A DNA stretch of 40,960 bases from Octopus bimaculoides (GCF_001194135.2 NC_068987.1:21697454-21738413); one strand, 5' to 3'; counted from the stretch's first letter, positions 24,681-36,946 are shown. Numbers and translations are program-made. The notes: generated from the sequence alone by a model not told the origin.

Positions 24681-25020
24681 AAAGCACATGGCTCAGTGGT
24701 TAGAGCATCGGGCTCACAGTCATGAGGGAATGAATTCAATTCTTGCACCAGGCTGTGTGTTGTGTTCTTGAGCAAGACCCTTTATTTCACGTTGCTCCAG
24801 TTCACTCAGCTGTAGAAATGAGTTGCAGCTTCACTGGTGCCAACCTGTATCGGCCCTTTTGCCTTTCCCTTGGATAAAATTGGTGACGAAGAGATGGGAG
24901 GCTGGTATGCATGGGTGACTGTTGGTCTTCCATAAACTACCTTGCCTGGACTTGTGTCTCAAAGGGTAACTTTCTAGGTGCAATACCATGGTCATTCATG
25001 ACTGAAGGGTGTCTTTTACC
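24681..25020 (+). mobile_element. tRNA-head SINE with CORE-like central domain
   Basis: Head is tggctcagtggttagagcatcgggc. The body gttgtgttcttgagcaagaccctttatttcacgttgctccagttcactcagctgtagaaatgag resembles the CORE domain. Confidence 0.75.
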
Positions 25021-25748
25021 TTTTATATATATATTTATATATCATCACTGTCTTAACATCCATTTTCCATGCTTGCATGGGTTTGACTAAATTTGTTGAG
25101 GCAAATTTTCTATGGTTGAATACCCTTCATGTTCCCAACCCTCACCAATTTCCCCATGGCGAGACATGTTTTTGGCAGACTATTGGAAATGACACTGCTT
25201 GTATAACAGTGACACCCTTTTACAACTTTCATATGATGTTAAGACAAGGAAATACAGACATGCACACACACACACACACACACACACAACCCCCACCCCA
25301 TGTGGTTTCAGATTCAGTCCCACTGCACAGCACCTTGGATAAGTGTTCTCCCAAGTGGATTTGGTAAATGGAAACTGAAAGTCCATTGTGTATATATGTG
25401 CATATGAAAGTGCATGTGTCTCCTTGTCTGGGTTTCACACAATAGTTATAAATACACACGTTTGGCTTCTTTTAGTTTCCTTCCACCAAATCCATTAGCA
25501 ATGGTTTATGTGTGTTTCAACATCTGTGCTTGCACAAGTCAGATGGAATTCGTTGAGGAAATTTTCTATGACAGACTCTCAAGTCTTGCCTGTTTCCAAG
25601 CATGGTAACATTTCCCTATTGCTGCACATATTTTGATAGAAAATTAGAAACACATGAAAATGCATACATTTACATATACACATACATGCACACATGCAGA
25701 TGTACACACCACATACACACTTATACACAATGGGCTTCTTTCAGTTTC

Positions 25749-25980
25749 TTATTTCTTTATTACCCACAAGGGGCTAAACACAGAGGGAACAAACAAGGAC
25801 AGACAAAGCGGTTAAGTCGATTACATCGACCCCAGTGTGTAACTGGTACTTAATTTATCGACCCTGAAAGGATGAAAGGCAAAGTCGACCGCGGTGGAAT
25901 TTGAACTCAGAACGTAACGGCAGACGAAATACCGTTAAGCATTTCGCCCGGCATGCTAACGTTTCTGCTAGCTTGCCGCC
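25749..25980 (-). mobile_element. SINE family 2 inserted into a family 1 SINE, with 10-bp TSD
   Basis: Homologous to 2773-3010. tttcagtttc lies on both sides (25739-25748, 25981-25990). Confidence 0.88.
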
Positions 25981-26653
25981 TTTCAGTTTCTTTCAGAAGC
26001 TCGGCTTCTTTCAGTTTCTGTCTGCCAAGGCTTTAGTCAGCTCAGGGGTGTAGTAGAAGACACTTGTCCAAGGTGCTATGCAGTGTGATTGAACCCAAAG
26101 TCATGCAGTTGGGAAGCAAACTTCTTAACCACACAACCAACAGCTACTTTGATGTTACTGTTAACCTTTTCCTTAACTTTTATCTTTTACTTGTTTCAGT
26201 CATTAAACTGTAACAATGCTGAGGCACCGCCTTGAAGAATTTCAGTTGAATGAATTGGCCCCAGTACTTACTTTATTTTTTGCTATGCCTGGTACTTATT
26301 CTATTAGTCTCTTTTGCCAAACTGTTATGGAGACACACCAACATCGGTTGTCAAGTGATAGTGAGAGGCAGACAGACAGACTCACACACACATGCTGGGC
26401 TTCTTTTAGTTTCTGTTCACCACATCCACTAACAAGCTTTTGGTGAATCCAAGGCTATAACCAAAGACACTTGCCCAGAACCATGTGGTTAGGAAGCAAG
26501 CTTCTTATCATGCAGTCATGTCTGTGCCTATGGAAATTAAATAGATATATTACTCTACTGAAAAGTGTTGAGTGAACCTTCAGTTTAATGTTTGATTGTT
26601 TTTCTTCCTCAATTTTTCAAAGATTGATATTTGAATTTGTTTATTCATTACAG

Positions 26654-26698
26654 ATTTATGTAAATAAATGTTCATTTAAAGGATGTAAACAGAAAGAG
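26654..26698 (+). CDS. ZFAND2B: ZFAND2 coding exon (45 nt): IYVNKCSFKGCKQKE
   Basis: ttacag|ATT TAT...AAA GAG|gtgagt. C-x4-C start of AN1 finger 2. Confidence 0.95.
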
Positions 26699-26759
26699 GT
26701 GAGTCATTTCATCTTTTATTCCTTTATATCTCTTTGGATATCTATGTGCATGCCTCTGT

Positions 26760-26812
<53 letters not shown>

Positions 26813-27029
26813 ACAATTTAGTCAAGAAAGAATGACTTTGTTGAAGGGCATCAGAGATGGATGAGGAAAGGAAGAATGGAACAGTGGCTATTGGGTTATC
26901 TATACATTGGTGTCTGGGTTTAGAAGCTTGCAACAAAGTGGACCTCACTAAATGTACCTAACAGCCAGGTGATGGTGTGAAACCTTAAGACAGATTTTTG
27001 TCACCCAAGAACATGTACAAACCATGCAA

Positions 27030-27330
27030 TTGACATGACCATCGAGCCGACATGGTCATCCAATTGACCTTATCCACCCATTTCTCCGCAAAGAGTATGC
27101 CTACACCCCCTACTCCATCACTGTTACCTTCCCAGAAGATTTTATACTTATGTACCTTGCCTGTGAGGACCCTGGTTGAAGCTCCTCTCCACCTTACCTT
27201 TTGTATGTAGCATACACCAACATGTCTCCGTTGAAGCATCTCTACAATCTCACTAGATTTACCTTTCAGTGTGCCTATATTGACAGGGCCAACTCTAAAA
27301 ACTGGGAAAAAAATGTGGGAGGAGGCATGG
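27030..27330 (-). mobile_element. RTE-clade LINE fragment: N-terminal AP endonuclease
   Basis: FRVGPVNIGTLKGKSSEIVEMLQRRHVGVCYIQKVRWRG...FWEGNSDGVGGVGILFAEKW. Confidence 0.88.
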
Positions 27331-28039
27331 GGAGGGGAGATGTTATTCAGCACCTGAAAAGAAGAAGGTTTTTGTGTTCGTTTGATAGACATGCTACACC
27401 TGTTCTCACTTTTGACCTGTCATCATTCAAACATTCAAGCGTGTTAAGATTGTTGCCCCTACTGGGGGCAGGAGTAGGTGTTAGTGGCATTGTAAGTATA
27501 AACATTGTGAACATCATAAATTTGATTCGTAAATTTAAGCATTACTGGTGTTGCAGATTTAAGTAAATAAATAAATAAAGATAGATAAAAGTGAATATGA
27601 ATATCAATATGCCAATGTTAGATTAAGTAGGTGGGCAGCTAATCTAGTTGCAATTGTCCTGGGGAGAGAGAGAGGCAGAGAGGAAATTGCAGATATGATA
27701 AAGGATACCACCAGTGAGGGAGGGGGTTTCTGGAGAGAGAAGAGAGGAACAAGCATGCACACACACACACACACACACACAGAGGAACAAGCACGCACGT
27801 ACAACCTGTTAGCTTTCTCTTTCTACTTCGATACATCAACTGACAGTTGACAAAACAACACATGCTCATGGAGATTACCAAGTAATTTGTTGGCAAAATT
27901 CGAATCAAAATGAAAGGTAGCCGATTAAGTAGGTGGGCAGCTAAACTAGTTTCCTTTGTCCTGGGAGAGAGAGGGGGGGAGAGGAAATTGCAGGTATGAT
28001 AGAAGATACCACCAGTGAGGGAGGGGGTTTCCAGTGAGA

Positions 28040-28276
28040 GAAGAGAGATATCCCATACTGGTGGTGGGAGAAGAGAGATATCCGGTATTGGTGGTGGGAG
28101 AAAGATATCCGGTATTGGTGGTGGGAGAAGAGAGATATCCAGTATTGGTGGTGGGAGAAGAGAGATATCCGGTATTGGTGGTGGGAGAAGAGAGATATCC
28201 GGTATTGGTGGTGGGAGAAGAGAGATATCCGGTATTGGTGGTGGGAGAAGAGAGATATCCGGTATTGGTGGTGGGG
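28040..28276. repeat. 30-bp tandem repeat, 8 units (one 27-bp)
   Basis: Unit GAAGAGAGATATCCGGTATTGGTGGTGGGA. Confidence 0.95.
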
Positions 28277-28531
28277 GTATGAATGGGCAGGTGCATCGCG
28301 AACAAGTAAGTGTTAATTTAGAGAGATGGTACAAGAAATATGTAGCCAACTTGAGAACACAGGAGGGGAGGAGAGTTAAGGGTGTTAGAGATTTCATTTG
28401 GAAATTGCATGAAGAATTAGGGAGAAAACGAAGGCTGAGAGAGAGAGAGAAATTAGGAAGTTATATATTGAAGAGTCAATTTAAATGATTAGCTTATGAA
28501 AGTAGATGTTAGTAAATAATGCATATTAATA

Positions 28532-28918
28532 TTGTGTGTTGGCACTCCGTCGCTTATGACGTCGAGGGTTCCAGTTGATCCGATCAACGGAACAGCTGCT
28601 CGTGAAATTAACGTGCAAGTGGCTGAGCACTCCACAGACACGTGTACCCTTAACGTAGTTCTCGGGGATATTCAGCGTGACACAGTGTAACAAGGCTGAC
28701 CCTTTGAATTACAGGCACAACAGAAACAGGAAGAAAGAGTGAGAGAAAGTTGTGGTGAAAGAGTACAGCAGGGTTCGCCACCATCTCATGCCGGAGCCTC
28801 GTGGAGCTTTTAGGTGTTTTTGCTCAATAAACACTCACAACGCCTGGTCTGGGAATTGAAACTGCTATCCTATGACTGCGAGTCCGCTGCCCTAACCACT
28901 GGGCCATTGCGCCTCCAC
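28532..28918 (-). mobile_element. SINE family 3 with 11-bp TSD
   Basis: gcatattaata lies at 28521-28531 and 28919-28929. Homologous to 12820-13190. Confidence 0.9.
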
Positions 28919-29422
28919 GCATATTAATAGCAAATGAATGAATGGAAAGATTGAAAAAATGAGAGAATATTTTAGCTTAGCAGTACATAACTGGGTGTCG
29001 AAGAGCTATCAATTTTGGAATGAATTGCAACTTCTTTCAGTTTTTGTCAAACAGATCTACTCAAAGCTTTGGTCAGCCTGGAGCTGTAGTAGACGACACT
29101 TTCCCAAGGTGCCATGCATAACAACTGAACCTGGACCCACATGATTGGGGAGGGAATTTCTTAACCATGCAACCATACCAGAGATTTCATTCACTTGTGT
29201 AGCTATTAGTAGGAAATTTTCTGACTGAAAACAACTGTACTAATTTGCTAGAAATAGCCACCAAATTTCCCTCAAATCACAATTCATCTCATAAAAGCTA
29301 AAGACTTTAAACAATGTAATACTAGGTACATCAAATACATGGGGTGGTCACCACAGTTGGGACATATCTGTTGATAGTGTTCTCAGTCAGGATTGACCTG
29401 ACCTAAAAAACAAATGATTTAA

Positions 29423-29628
29423 CCCTTCAACATTCAGTTTTTTTTTTTCATTAACATTGTATTTAATTAATCATGTATTATCTCATAGCTTTGAAATTTT
29501 GAGATGATATGATTGTATGTTTTTAGAATAGCATTGAATGATAGGTGTGATTGGCTGCATCTGGCTGGTTAGACCATAAAACAGAAAGCTTATGTGGGCC
29601 AGATATGGCTGGTTTAAATGCTAAAGAG
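29423..29628. mobile_element. piggyBac-like MITE (TTAA flanks)
   Basis: ttaa|cccttcaacatt ... aatgctaaagag|ttaa; imperfect terminal inverted repeats. Confidence 0.7.
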
Positions 29629-29678
29629 TTAAAAAAAAAACTGACTTCTAAATGCTATCTCTTCATTTGTTTTTTTAG

Positions 29679-29794
29679 ATGGTTCCAGTAAGATGTGACC
29701 GCTGTCAGAAAAATTATTGTCTGAAACACCGCCACGAACAGGACCACAAATGTACCAGTCTCCAAGATTCTGGTAAACCAATGTCACGGTCAGG
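29679..29794 (+). CDS. ZFAND2B: ZFAND2 coding exon (116 nt): MVPVRCDRCQKNYCLKHRHEQDHKCTSLQDSGKPMSRS(G)
   Basis: ttttttag|ATG GTT...TCA GG|gtaagt. C-x2-C...C-x2-H...H-x-C of AN1 finger 2. Confidence 0.97.
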
Positions 29795-30669
29795 GTAAGT
29801 TTGGTTGAGGGTAGTAGCCAACAAATCTAGATAAATACTTTTGGTTTAGCATGTTTCCAATGAAATACAATTTGTGTGTTTCAATGCATTTTGGAGGGTT
29901 TTTGTAATAATAATGCTTTTATTGTTAATTGTTAAGCTGGTGTTTAATAGATTTTTTGATAATATTGTAAGATTTAATTTTAAAATGACCACCACAATGT
30001 CAAGTTCTTGTAGCAGTGTGGTGGCTTGTATCTTGACATTTTTTCCTGAGAGTTATACCAGTGGAACATGAGCTCCTAATAGGGCATTTCATTCTGGACA
30101 GGTCAAAGATTAGAGGCCAGATTAACATGGACTACCCAGGGGTAAAAATGGGCTTCTGTAGGGCCAATATTCCTACATAAAAAAAAAAAAAACTAATTTT
30201 ACAGAAGCATCAATGACTGTTCTAAGCTCACAAAACCTAAGAGATGAATTCATCTTCAACTGCCCAAAGTTGAGAATAATGGAGAAAAGTTGTTGGTGAC
30301 TTGTACTCCATAGTAAGTGAAGGACTTAAACAAACATTTTGAAATTAGAGGTTTTAGATTTTTTTTATCATGGAACTTGAGCAGATTGGTGTCAAAAGAG
30401 TTTTTAAATGCCTAAATATTTTAGATGATTTATTAAAGGTTTCCCCCCTTTTTTTTTTTTTGAGCTGATGTGGGCACCACCTCTTTATCTGCAATAACCA
30501 AAAATACTTCAAACCTCAATCTGTTTCCTTAAACAGCAACCAGATTGAGATTGTCCCTGGCTTTGTGATACAAACTTCCTGCTTTAAAGTGATCTAAATG
30601 AAAATCTATCTAAATTTTGTATTAATTTATATTCCAATCACCAGTTTAGTAATGACAAAGTCACTAAAT

Positions 30670-30770
30670 TCTTTGGAATTTGCTACTAATCAACAGATGG
30701 ATTTCCAGGCTGTTAAGAAATGGGGAGAGAAGTGGCTGGTAATTTTCAACCCTGGCAAGACCAAACTCAT
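30670..30770 (+). mobile_element. Short CR1/Jockey-like RT C-terminal remnant
   Basis: QMDFQAVKKWGEKWLVIFNPGKTKLM resembles the WxxxWLVxFNxxKT motif. Confidence 0.5.
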
Positions 30771-32404
30771 GGTACCAGTTAAGTACTGGTATAGGATGAT
30801 ATCAACTATTTCCTCTGTCCTTAAAACTGCTGGCTTTGTGCCAAAATATGAATCTAATTATTTTCATCATCATCATTATTATTATTATTTCAATTTCTTC
30901 TTTCAATTTTGTTTCCATTTCTTGCTGAGTGCCTTACTGACACCTTAGGGAAAAGAAACTCCCTGTATGCATTTGTAGGCTATTAAAATAAGCGTACCAG
31001 ATTGTTCATTTAAAAGTCAAGTTACATGAAAGAAGAAAAAGAAAAAAAAAGAGAAAAAAAAGGAAAAGAAAGAAAAGAAAAAAGGAAAAAAATTTACATG
31101 TATTGTAATCATTCTCACAGCGACAATGCTCTTCTCAATATGTGTGACATACCAATTAAAACAATCTTTCGCATTTTTTGCATGGATGGTAAGCCAGGGA
31201 TCATTCTCATATAATTTTCAGTTCCTTTTCTTCTTCATTCCAAGCGCTCCTACAATTACTGGTATTGTAACTACCTTGAGATGCCACATTTTTTTTCGAT
31301 TTAAATGAGCAAATCTTATATTTTCTGAGCTTGTCAAATTCTTTTGCTGAGATATGAGAATCACAAGGAATACTCATGTCGATCAATAAACAGATTTTAT
31401 TGTTTTGATCTTTTACAACAACATCTGGTTTATCAGCTTTAATGGTTCTGACAATATACTGGAAAGTCCCAAAGAACCATTACATTTTCTCTCTCAGAGT
31501 GGTGCCTATACCATTTGTCAACAGTTTTGATTTTGTAGTATCGACATCTTAACCAGTGTAGATATTGGCCAACTCTGTCAAGTCTTGATTTATACTTCAC
31601 TGGTACTAAAACTTAACATTCTGAGATTAAATGGTCCACTGTTTCAATCTCATCATTTCAGAATCAACACTTTGTGTCTACTCCATTTTTCTTCATATTG
31701 GCTTGGTAGTTGTAGGTCAATAAGCTTTGAACTTGAACAGCTAAGATGAAGCTATTGCTCTCTGCCTTTAGCCCTGAACTCTGTAGGGTTGGCTCCTGGT
31801 CAACATCAGCTTGTTTGCTACAGGCTACATATTTGCCATGCAGAGGTTTCTGCTCTCACCTATCAGCTATCACCTATCAGGTTATGCACTTTTTTCCTTC
31901 AGGAAGTTTGAAATTACAGCAGAAATTTTGAAGATGTCCATTGATTTCAAAATCCATGAATGTGTTATGATGTCAAAAGGCCTTTTTGAAATCAATCCAT
32001 GTAGAACTGAGAGTTTTGCATTTGTTATGAGTTCTCAAGGATCATGCAATTAATTAGGAGTTGATCTTTGCATCCATATGAGTTTTGTCAGCATCCTTTT
32101 TGTTCAGTGGAGAAAATACTGTTCTGTTCCATAAATGCATATGTTTTCTTTGTGATGATGGATGCTAAAATTTTATAAGCGATGGATAAACAGATTATGA
32201 GCCAGTAGCTTTTTTTTGGGACTTTGGTTTCATTATTCTTTAGAAGAAGGTAAATAATAGCACTTGCTTAGGATCTGTCACAATTTTATTGAACAGCTGA
32301 ACTAACTTTGCATGTGTGCACAGGAGTGATGCAAGTCAGAAATTTGGCATCTTATCTTTACCAGAGGATTTCCACTTATGAGCCTTCATGAGTGTCATCC
32401 TTAA

Positions 32405-32695
32405 CCCATTACCTACCAGTGATCTCATATGAGATCACTTAAAAATTACAAATTTCGTAATTATCTGTCAATATTTACACATATCTAACCTTTTTGCTAT
32501 ATCTACTAGGTATATTTCTCTGATATTCAAATGAGGTTTGCTAATTTTTCACCCAATATCTCGCTTATTTCTATTTAAAATGCTATTTTGAAATGTTATT
32601 TTGATAATTTCAGCGTGTTTCTAAGGCTGTTTTATGCTAGAAATCAAAGTTTCATAAAAAAAATTCCAGTTAATAGAATTATGGGAGGTAATGAG
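32405..32695. mobile_element. piggyBac-like MITE inserted into the R4/Dong LINE with TTAA duplication
   Basis: TTAA (32401-32404)|cccattacctacc ... gggaggtaatgag|TTAA (32696-32699). Removing it restores the LINE frame ACT GAC TTA AGG ATG. Confidence 0.88.
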
Positions 32696-33300
32696 TTAAG
32701 TCAGTTGTTCTGATGCCTTCCCATGCTTGTTCTGGTAAATTTTGGTTGGATCCTTCTGCACATCTAAATCAGTCTACATTTTCATTGTATGTCTTCTCAT
32801 CACTCCACATCGTTTTCCATAAAGTTTTCATCTTCTTTCATAGGAGTGGGAGTCTTTCAATGGTAATTTTCTGCTTCCCTATTTGTCTGTAGAATGTTTT
32901 GGCATTGGATGTGAACAGCTTATTGTCCTTGTAAAACCTGTTTCTCTTCTCAAATCTTCGTATTCTTTGAGCTTTTGCTTGGACTTATTATTGCTTCAGT
33001 GTTCCTTTTTTGAAAGCAGTCTTTCTCTTGGTGAGAATCCATATTTCCTCTTCATCTTTCTTCCTTTTCTGTATCTTACTTTCCACAGATTAGTTAATTT
33101 AATATTGATATTTCCCCTCTTATTAATTAAATCTCTTTTTCAGTTTTAATTCTCCAGTTTGGTTTCTTCCCAGGTTTGTTTTTTTTTGTTTTATCAGAGA
33201 CATACAACTGATTTCAATTGCCTTAGCAGATGCATAAATAATTTAACTCAGTAAGATCAAGTTTTAATGATTTCTTTTGTTACATAGTTGCCAGTTTTAA

Positions 33301-33710
33301 TTTTACTCTTTACTCTTATACTCTTTTACTTCTTTCAGTCATTTGACTGTGGCCATGCTGGAGCACCGCCTTTAGTCGAGGAAATCGATCCCAGGACTTA
33401 TTCTTTGGAAGCCTAGTACTTATTCTATCGGTCTCTTTGCCGAACCACTAAGTGACGGGACATAAACATACCAGCATCGGTTGTCAAGCAATGCTAGGGG
33501 GACTAACACAGACACACAAACATACACACACACACATATATATACATATATACGACAGGCTTCTTTCAGTTTCCGTCTACCAAATCCACTCACAAGGCTT
33601 TGGTCGGCCTGAGGCTATAGTAGAAGATACTTGTCCAAGATGCCATGCAGTGGGACTGAACCCAGAACCATGTGGTTGGTAAGCAAGCTACTTACCACAC
33701 AGCCACTCCT
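33301..33710 (-). mobile_element. Full-length SINE family 1 inserted in the R4/Dong LINE
   Basis: Near-identical to 8544-8943. Confidence 0.9.
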
Positions 33711-34818
33711 GTTTTTTTTTTTTTTTTTGGTTTGTATCTGTGAGTTTATGAAGTGGTTCTCTATCATTCATACTCACATGTCTTACAATTGCAAGCTAAT
33801 TCAGAATTTTCTGTTTCATTTCTATCATAAATTCTCTGTGTTCTTCGGCAAATGTATAGTCTTCAAATATTGTTTCTTTACCACTTTCCTGGCTCTCTTT
33901 ACCAGGTTCATTAGAGTTTCTTATTTCTTCAGGTTTTTGTATTTGATTTGGTCAGATGACAGTCTTTCAATTAAAGCTTGTGGTAGGCTATTCTCTTCAA
34001 CTGATTCTTCATTTCCTTCTTGTCTTATATTTAGGTCATTTTTTGTTGCATGGTTGATCATGATTATTTCACTATCTTTGAGTCTATTATTTCTAAAGAT
34101 ATCCCCTTAACATTTACTAGCTTCTTTTCATCCAAATAGGATCTGCTCTCTTGATTCATGTTCTCCACATTTTGTAAGAGTTTGCAGTGTGTCTCTCTTG
34201 AGATGGTTTACCTAATACATAGTAATAAATGTATATTAATTCTTTATACTCTTCCCGGGTCCATTTGATCCGCTTACATTTTTCTTTCTGTGTCGGTAAA
34301 TTTGGAAGGCTCAAATTGCGGCAGTTCTTGTTCAAATGAACATCCAGGTTTGTATTTGGAGAAAAGTTTGAGCCATTGGCTGATGTTTCAACCCCAGGTT
34401 GGCTCTCTCCTGAGGGACATACTTCCAGCTTAACCACATGACAAGTGATTTGGTGTATCTTTATTAATTTTCCTTTTCATCTCATAAGACATTGTAGAAA
34501 TGGTTATTATCCCTACCATTATTATCCCCTCCACCATTATTGTTGTCAGAATTACCACTACCATTATTACTCAAGTGGTGAGCTGGCAGAATTGTTAGCA
34601 TGCCAGGCAAAATGCTTAGCAGTATTTCAGCCATCTTCATCTTCTGAGTTGAATCTCTTCCAAGGTGACCTTTGCATTTCATCCTTTTGGGGTTGATAAA
34701 AGAAGTACCAGTTGAGTACTGGGTCAATGTAATCGACTGTTCCCCATTCCCAGAATTTCAAGTCTTGTGCCTATAATAAAAAGGATTATTGTTGTTATTA
34801 TTATCATCTACTTTACAG

Positions 34819-34899
34819 GGCAGCTGCAGCAGCAAGAGCACATATATCTGATGGACCATTTCGCACAAATTCTCCACGACAGACGAAAATCTCAGAAAG
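34819..34899 (+). CDS. ZFAND2B: ZFAND2 coding exon (81 nt): (G)AAAAARAHISDGPFRTNSPRQTKISE(S)
   Basis: ctttacag|G GCA GCT...GAA AG|gtagg. Resembles the GxAAxxRA linker and is phase-consistent. Confidence 0.88.
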
Positions 34900-35749
34900 G
34901 TAGGGATAGTTTTCTTGCTTTAAAGCCTGTTAGAGATGGTTAGACAATCTGCTTTAATAAACTGATATAGCATTGCTGCGGCTTTGAGCTGAAACCGATA
35001 AAAGAATATAGTGATGTTCACAGTTATGATGGTGATGATAAGAATGATGCAGTAGTGGGTTGAAGCATTTGCCAACCTTACCATTTACGTACATAGATAG
35101 ATTTAAAATTATACATACATACATATGTATATATATATAAAACCAAATGTCAACCTGTCTTATTAAAACAACAGCTCTACCAAAATGCCTTTTGTTGAAT
35201 ACAGTTTTACAAAAACATGTGCTCTTGATACACATGCACATATATTAAATAATAATTATTTCTAATTTACGCTTAAAATAACTATATCTGATGTAAATGT
35301 CGATGAGTTGGTTGATTTCTCCAATCACACTTTATATTGTATAGTCTGACAAAGGAGAGAGAGAAAAAGAGAAGTATGGTGATAGTTAGCATAAAAGGCA
35401 CAAGATCAGGGCTTGGTGGCAGGCGATGAGTAATGGAGTGCTCCACACACACACACAGAGAACCAAAGAGACAGAAGAGGGGGCAAATGATAGAATAATT
35501 ATGGGAAGATTTCAATAGAAAAAAACGTGTTTATGTTGATAAAATTTAGAAAAATAACATTTATTGCACATATACAAATGACAGTTTAATTTCATTTTAA
35601 AGAAAGAGTTTTCATTTGAAAATTGGTATACATCATCATCATTGTTTTTTATGTCCACTTTTCCATGCTTGAATAGTTCAGTCGGAATTTACTGAGGCAA
35701 ATTTTCTATGCATTTACTGTCAGTGACCCTCACCCTTTTCTCAGAAAGG

Positions 35750-36360
35750 TAGCACATGGTGTTATGGAAAAAAGGTTATATTTTTTCGGTGAATTCATAT
35801 GTAATGTAACATTTCGAGGTCAAACAAAAAAGGCAAAAATATAAGTGTTAAAAAGTTCACTTAATTTATTCAGCACAGAGTGGATGGAACTATTCAAGTT
35901 ATGGCATACACGCATAAGTGTTTCGAGTGGAAATGTAGTCAGTTCAGTTGAAGGTTTGAATGCGGCTGAGGGACTGAAACAACAAATTAGAGTAAAACAG
36001 AGTGGACCACCTGTATGTTAGCCAAAACAAAATTAAAAAATTGCCCACAATAAAAAGTAAACATTGTTCAAAAGTAGATGTTCTGTGGTTGAGGTTACAC
36101 ATTGATTTTGCTGGTCCTTTAAATGGCTCTTACTACTTAGTGGTAGTTGATAGTTTTTTCAAAATTGCCTGAAATTTGCAAGTGTGAAAAAACAACCTCC
36201 TCAACTGTGATAAATTTTTTACACAAATTATTTGCAAGATTTGGCATCCCAAACAAGATAGTGTCTGATAATGGAATGCAATGTGTGCCTGTAGAATTCA
36301 AAAGATTTTGTGAATCATTCACGGTAGAACATAAACTACTGCGCAATACCATTCCAGATC
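35750..36360 (+). mobile_element. Gypsy LTR-retrotransposon pol remnant (protease-region fragment joined to integrase core)
   Basis: LHIDFAGPLNGSYYLVVVD...KTTSSTVINFLHKLFARFGIPNKIVSDNG (integrase core). Upstream GEFICNVTFRGQTKKAK...LFSTEWMELF is protease-region-like. Confidence 0.85.
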
Positions 36361-36417
36361 TAATCTAATGTGTGTGTGTGTGTGTGTGTGTACGCTTGTA
36401 TGTGTGTGTGTGTACGC

Positions 36418-36451
<34 letters not shown>

Positions 36452-36631
36452 CTTTGCTTTTGTCCCACCAGCTTGACATATAGTGCTTTTGTTGTTTACA
36501 TCCCAATACAAGAGCAGTTCTGCAACAGAGACTGAGGGAATAAGTCCTGGGGTTGATACATTCAACTAAAGACTCTTTAAGGTGGTGCTCTGTCATGGCA
36601 GCAGTCCAATGACTAAAACAAGTAAGACATA

Positions 36632-36681
<50 letters not shown>

Positions 36682-36946
36682 NNNNNNNNNNGTGGCAAAA
36701 GAACATGGACAAAATGGTAAACAAGGTGCAACAAACAAGCAGGCTACATAGAAACATCTCCTTCATCAGCTGCCACCATTAAAACCCCGGCATTGGTGAG
36801 CATATTGTTCCCCTAAACTTCATTTTCCTTCTCTAAGGTGTTTTATGTCCCAGCAATATATTGTTAGTGAAAACTGTGAACAGTTGTAAGTGAATGACAC
36901 AAAAAATACACATAGTTTTAACAGTTTTGTTTGTTTTTATTCTTAG

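Larger units (their letters stand above)
31095..34440 (-). mobile_element. Decayed R4/Dong-like LINE (RT, CCHC finger, restriction-like endonuclease), internally deleted and interrupted by a MITE and a SINE
   Basis: In order on the minus strand: RIKWTREEYKE..., KAHKWKSSGKD, EQKGC...GCKDQLLIN, WIDFKKAFD, KPLHGKY, a C-x2-C...DHL...C knuckle, VLWDF...KPD and MWHLKVVTIPVIVGALG. The central RT (YxDD) region appears deleted. Confidence 0.85.

Noticed and set aside
27639-28488. Pro-rich and Gly-rich ORFs (PPPIPDISLL, GIGGGRREIS)
   Set aside because: Open frames on both strands are expected from a 30-bp unit; there is no independent coding evidence.
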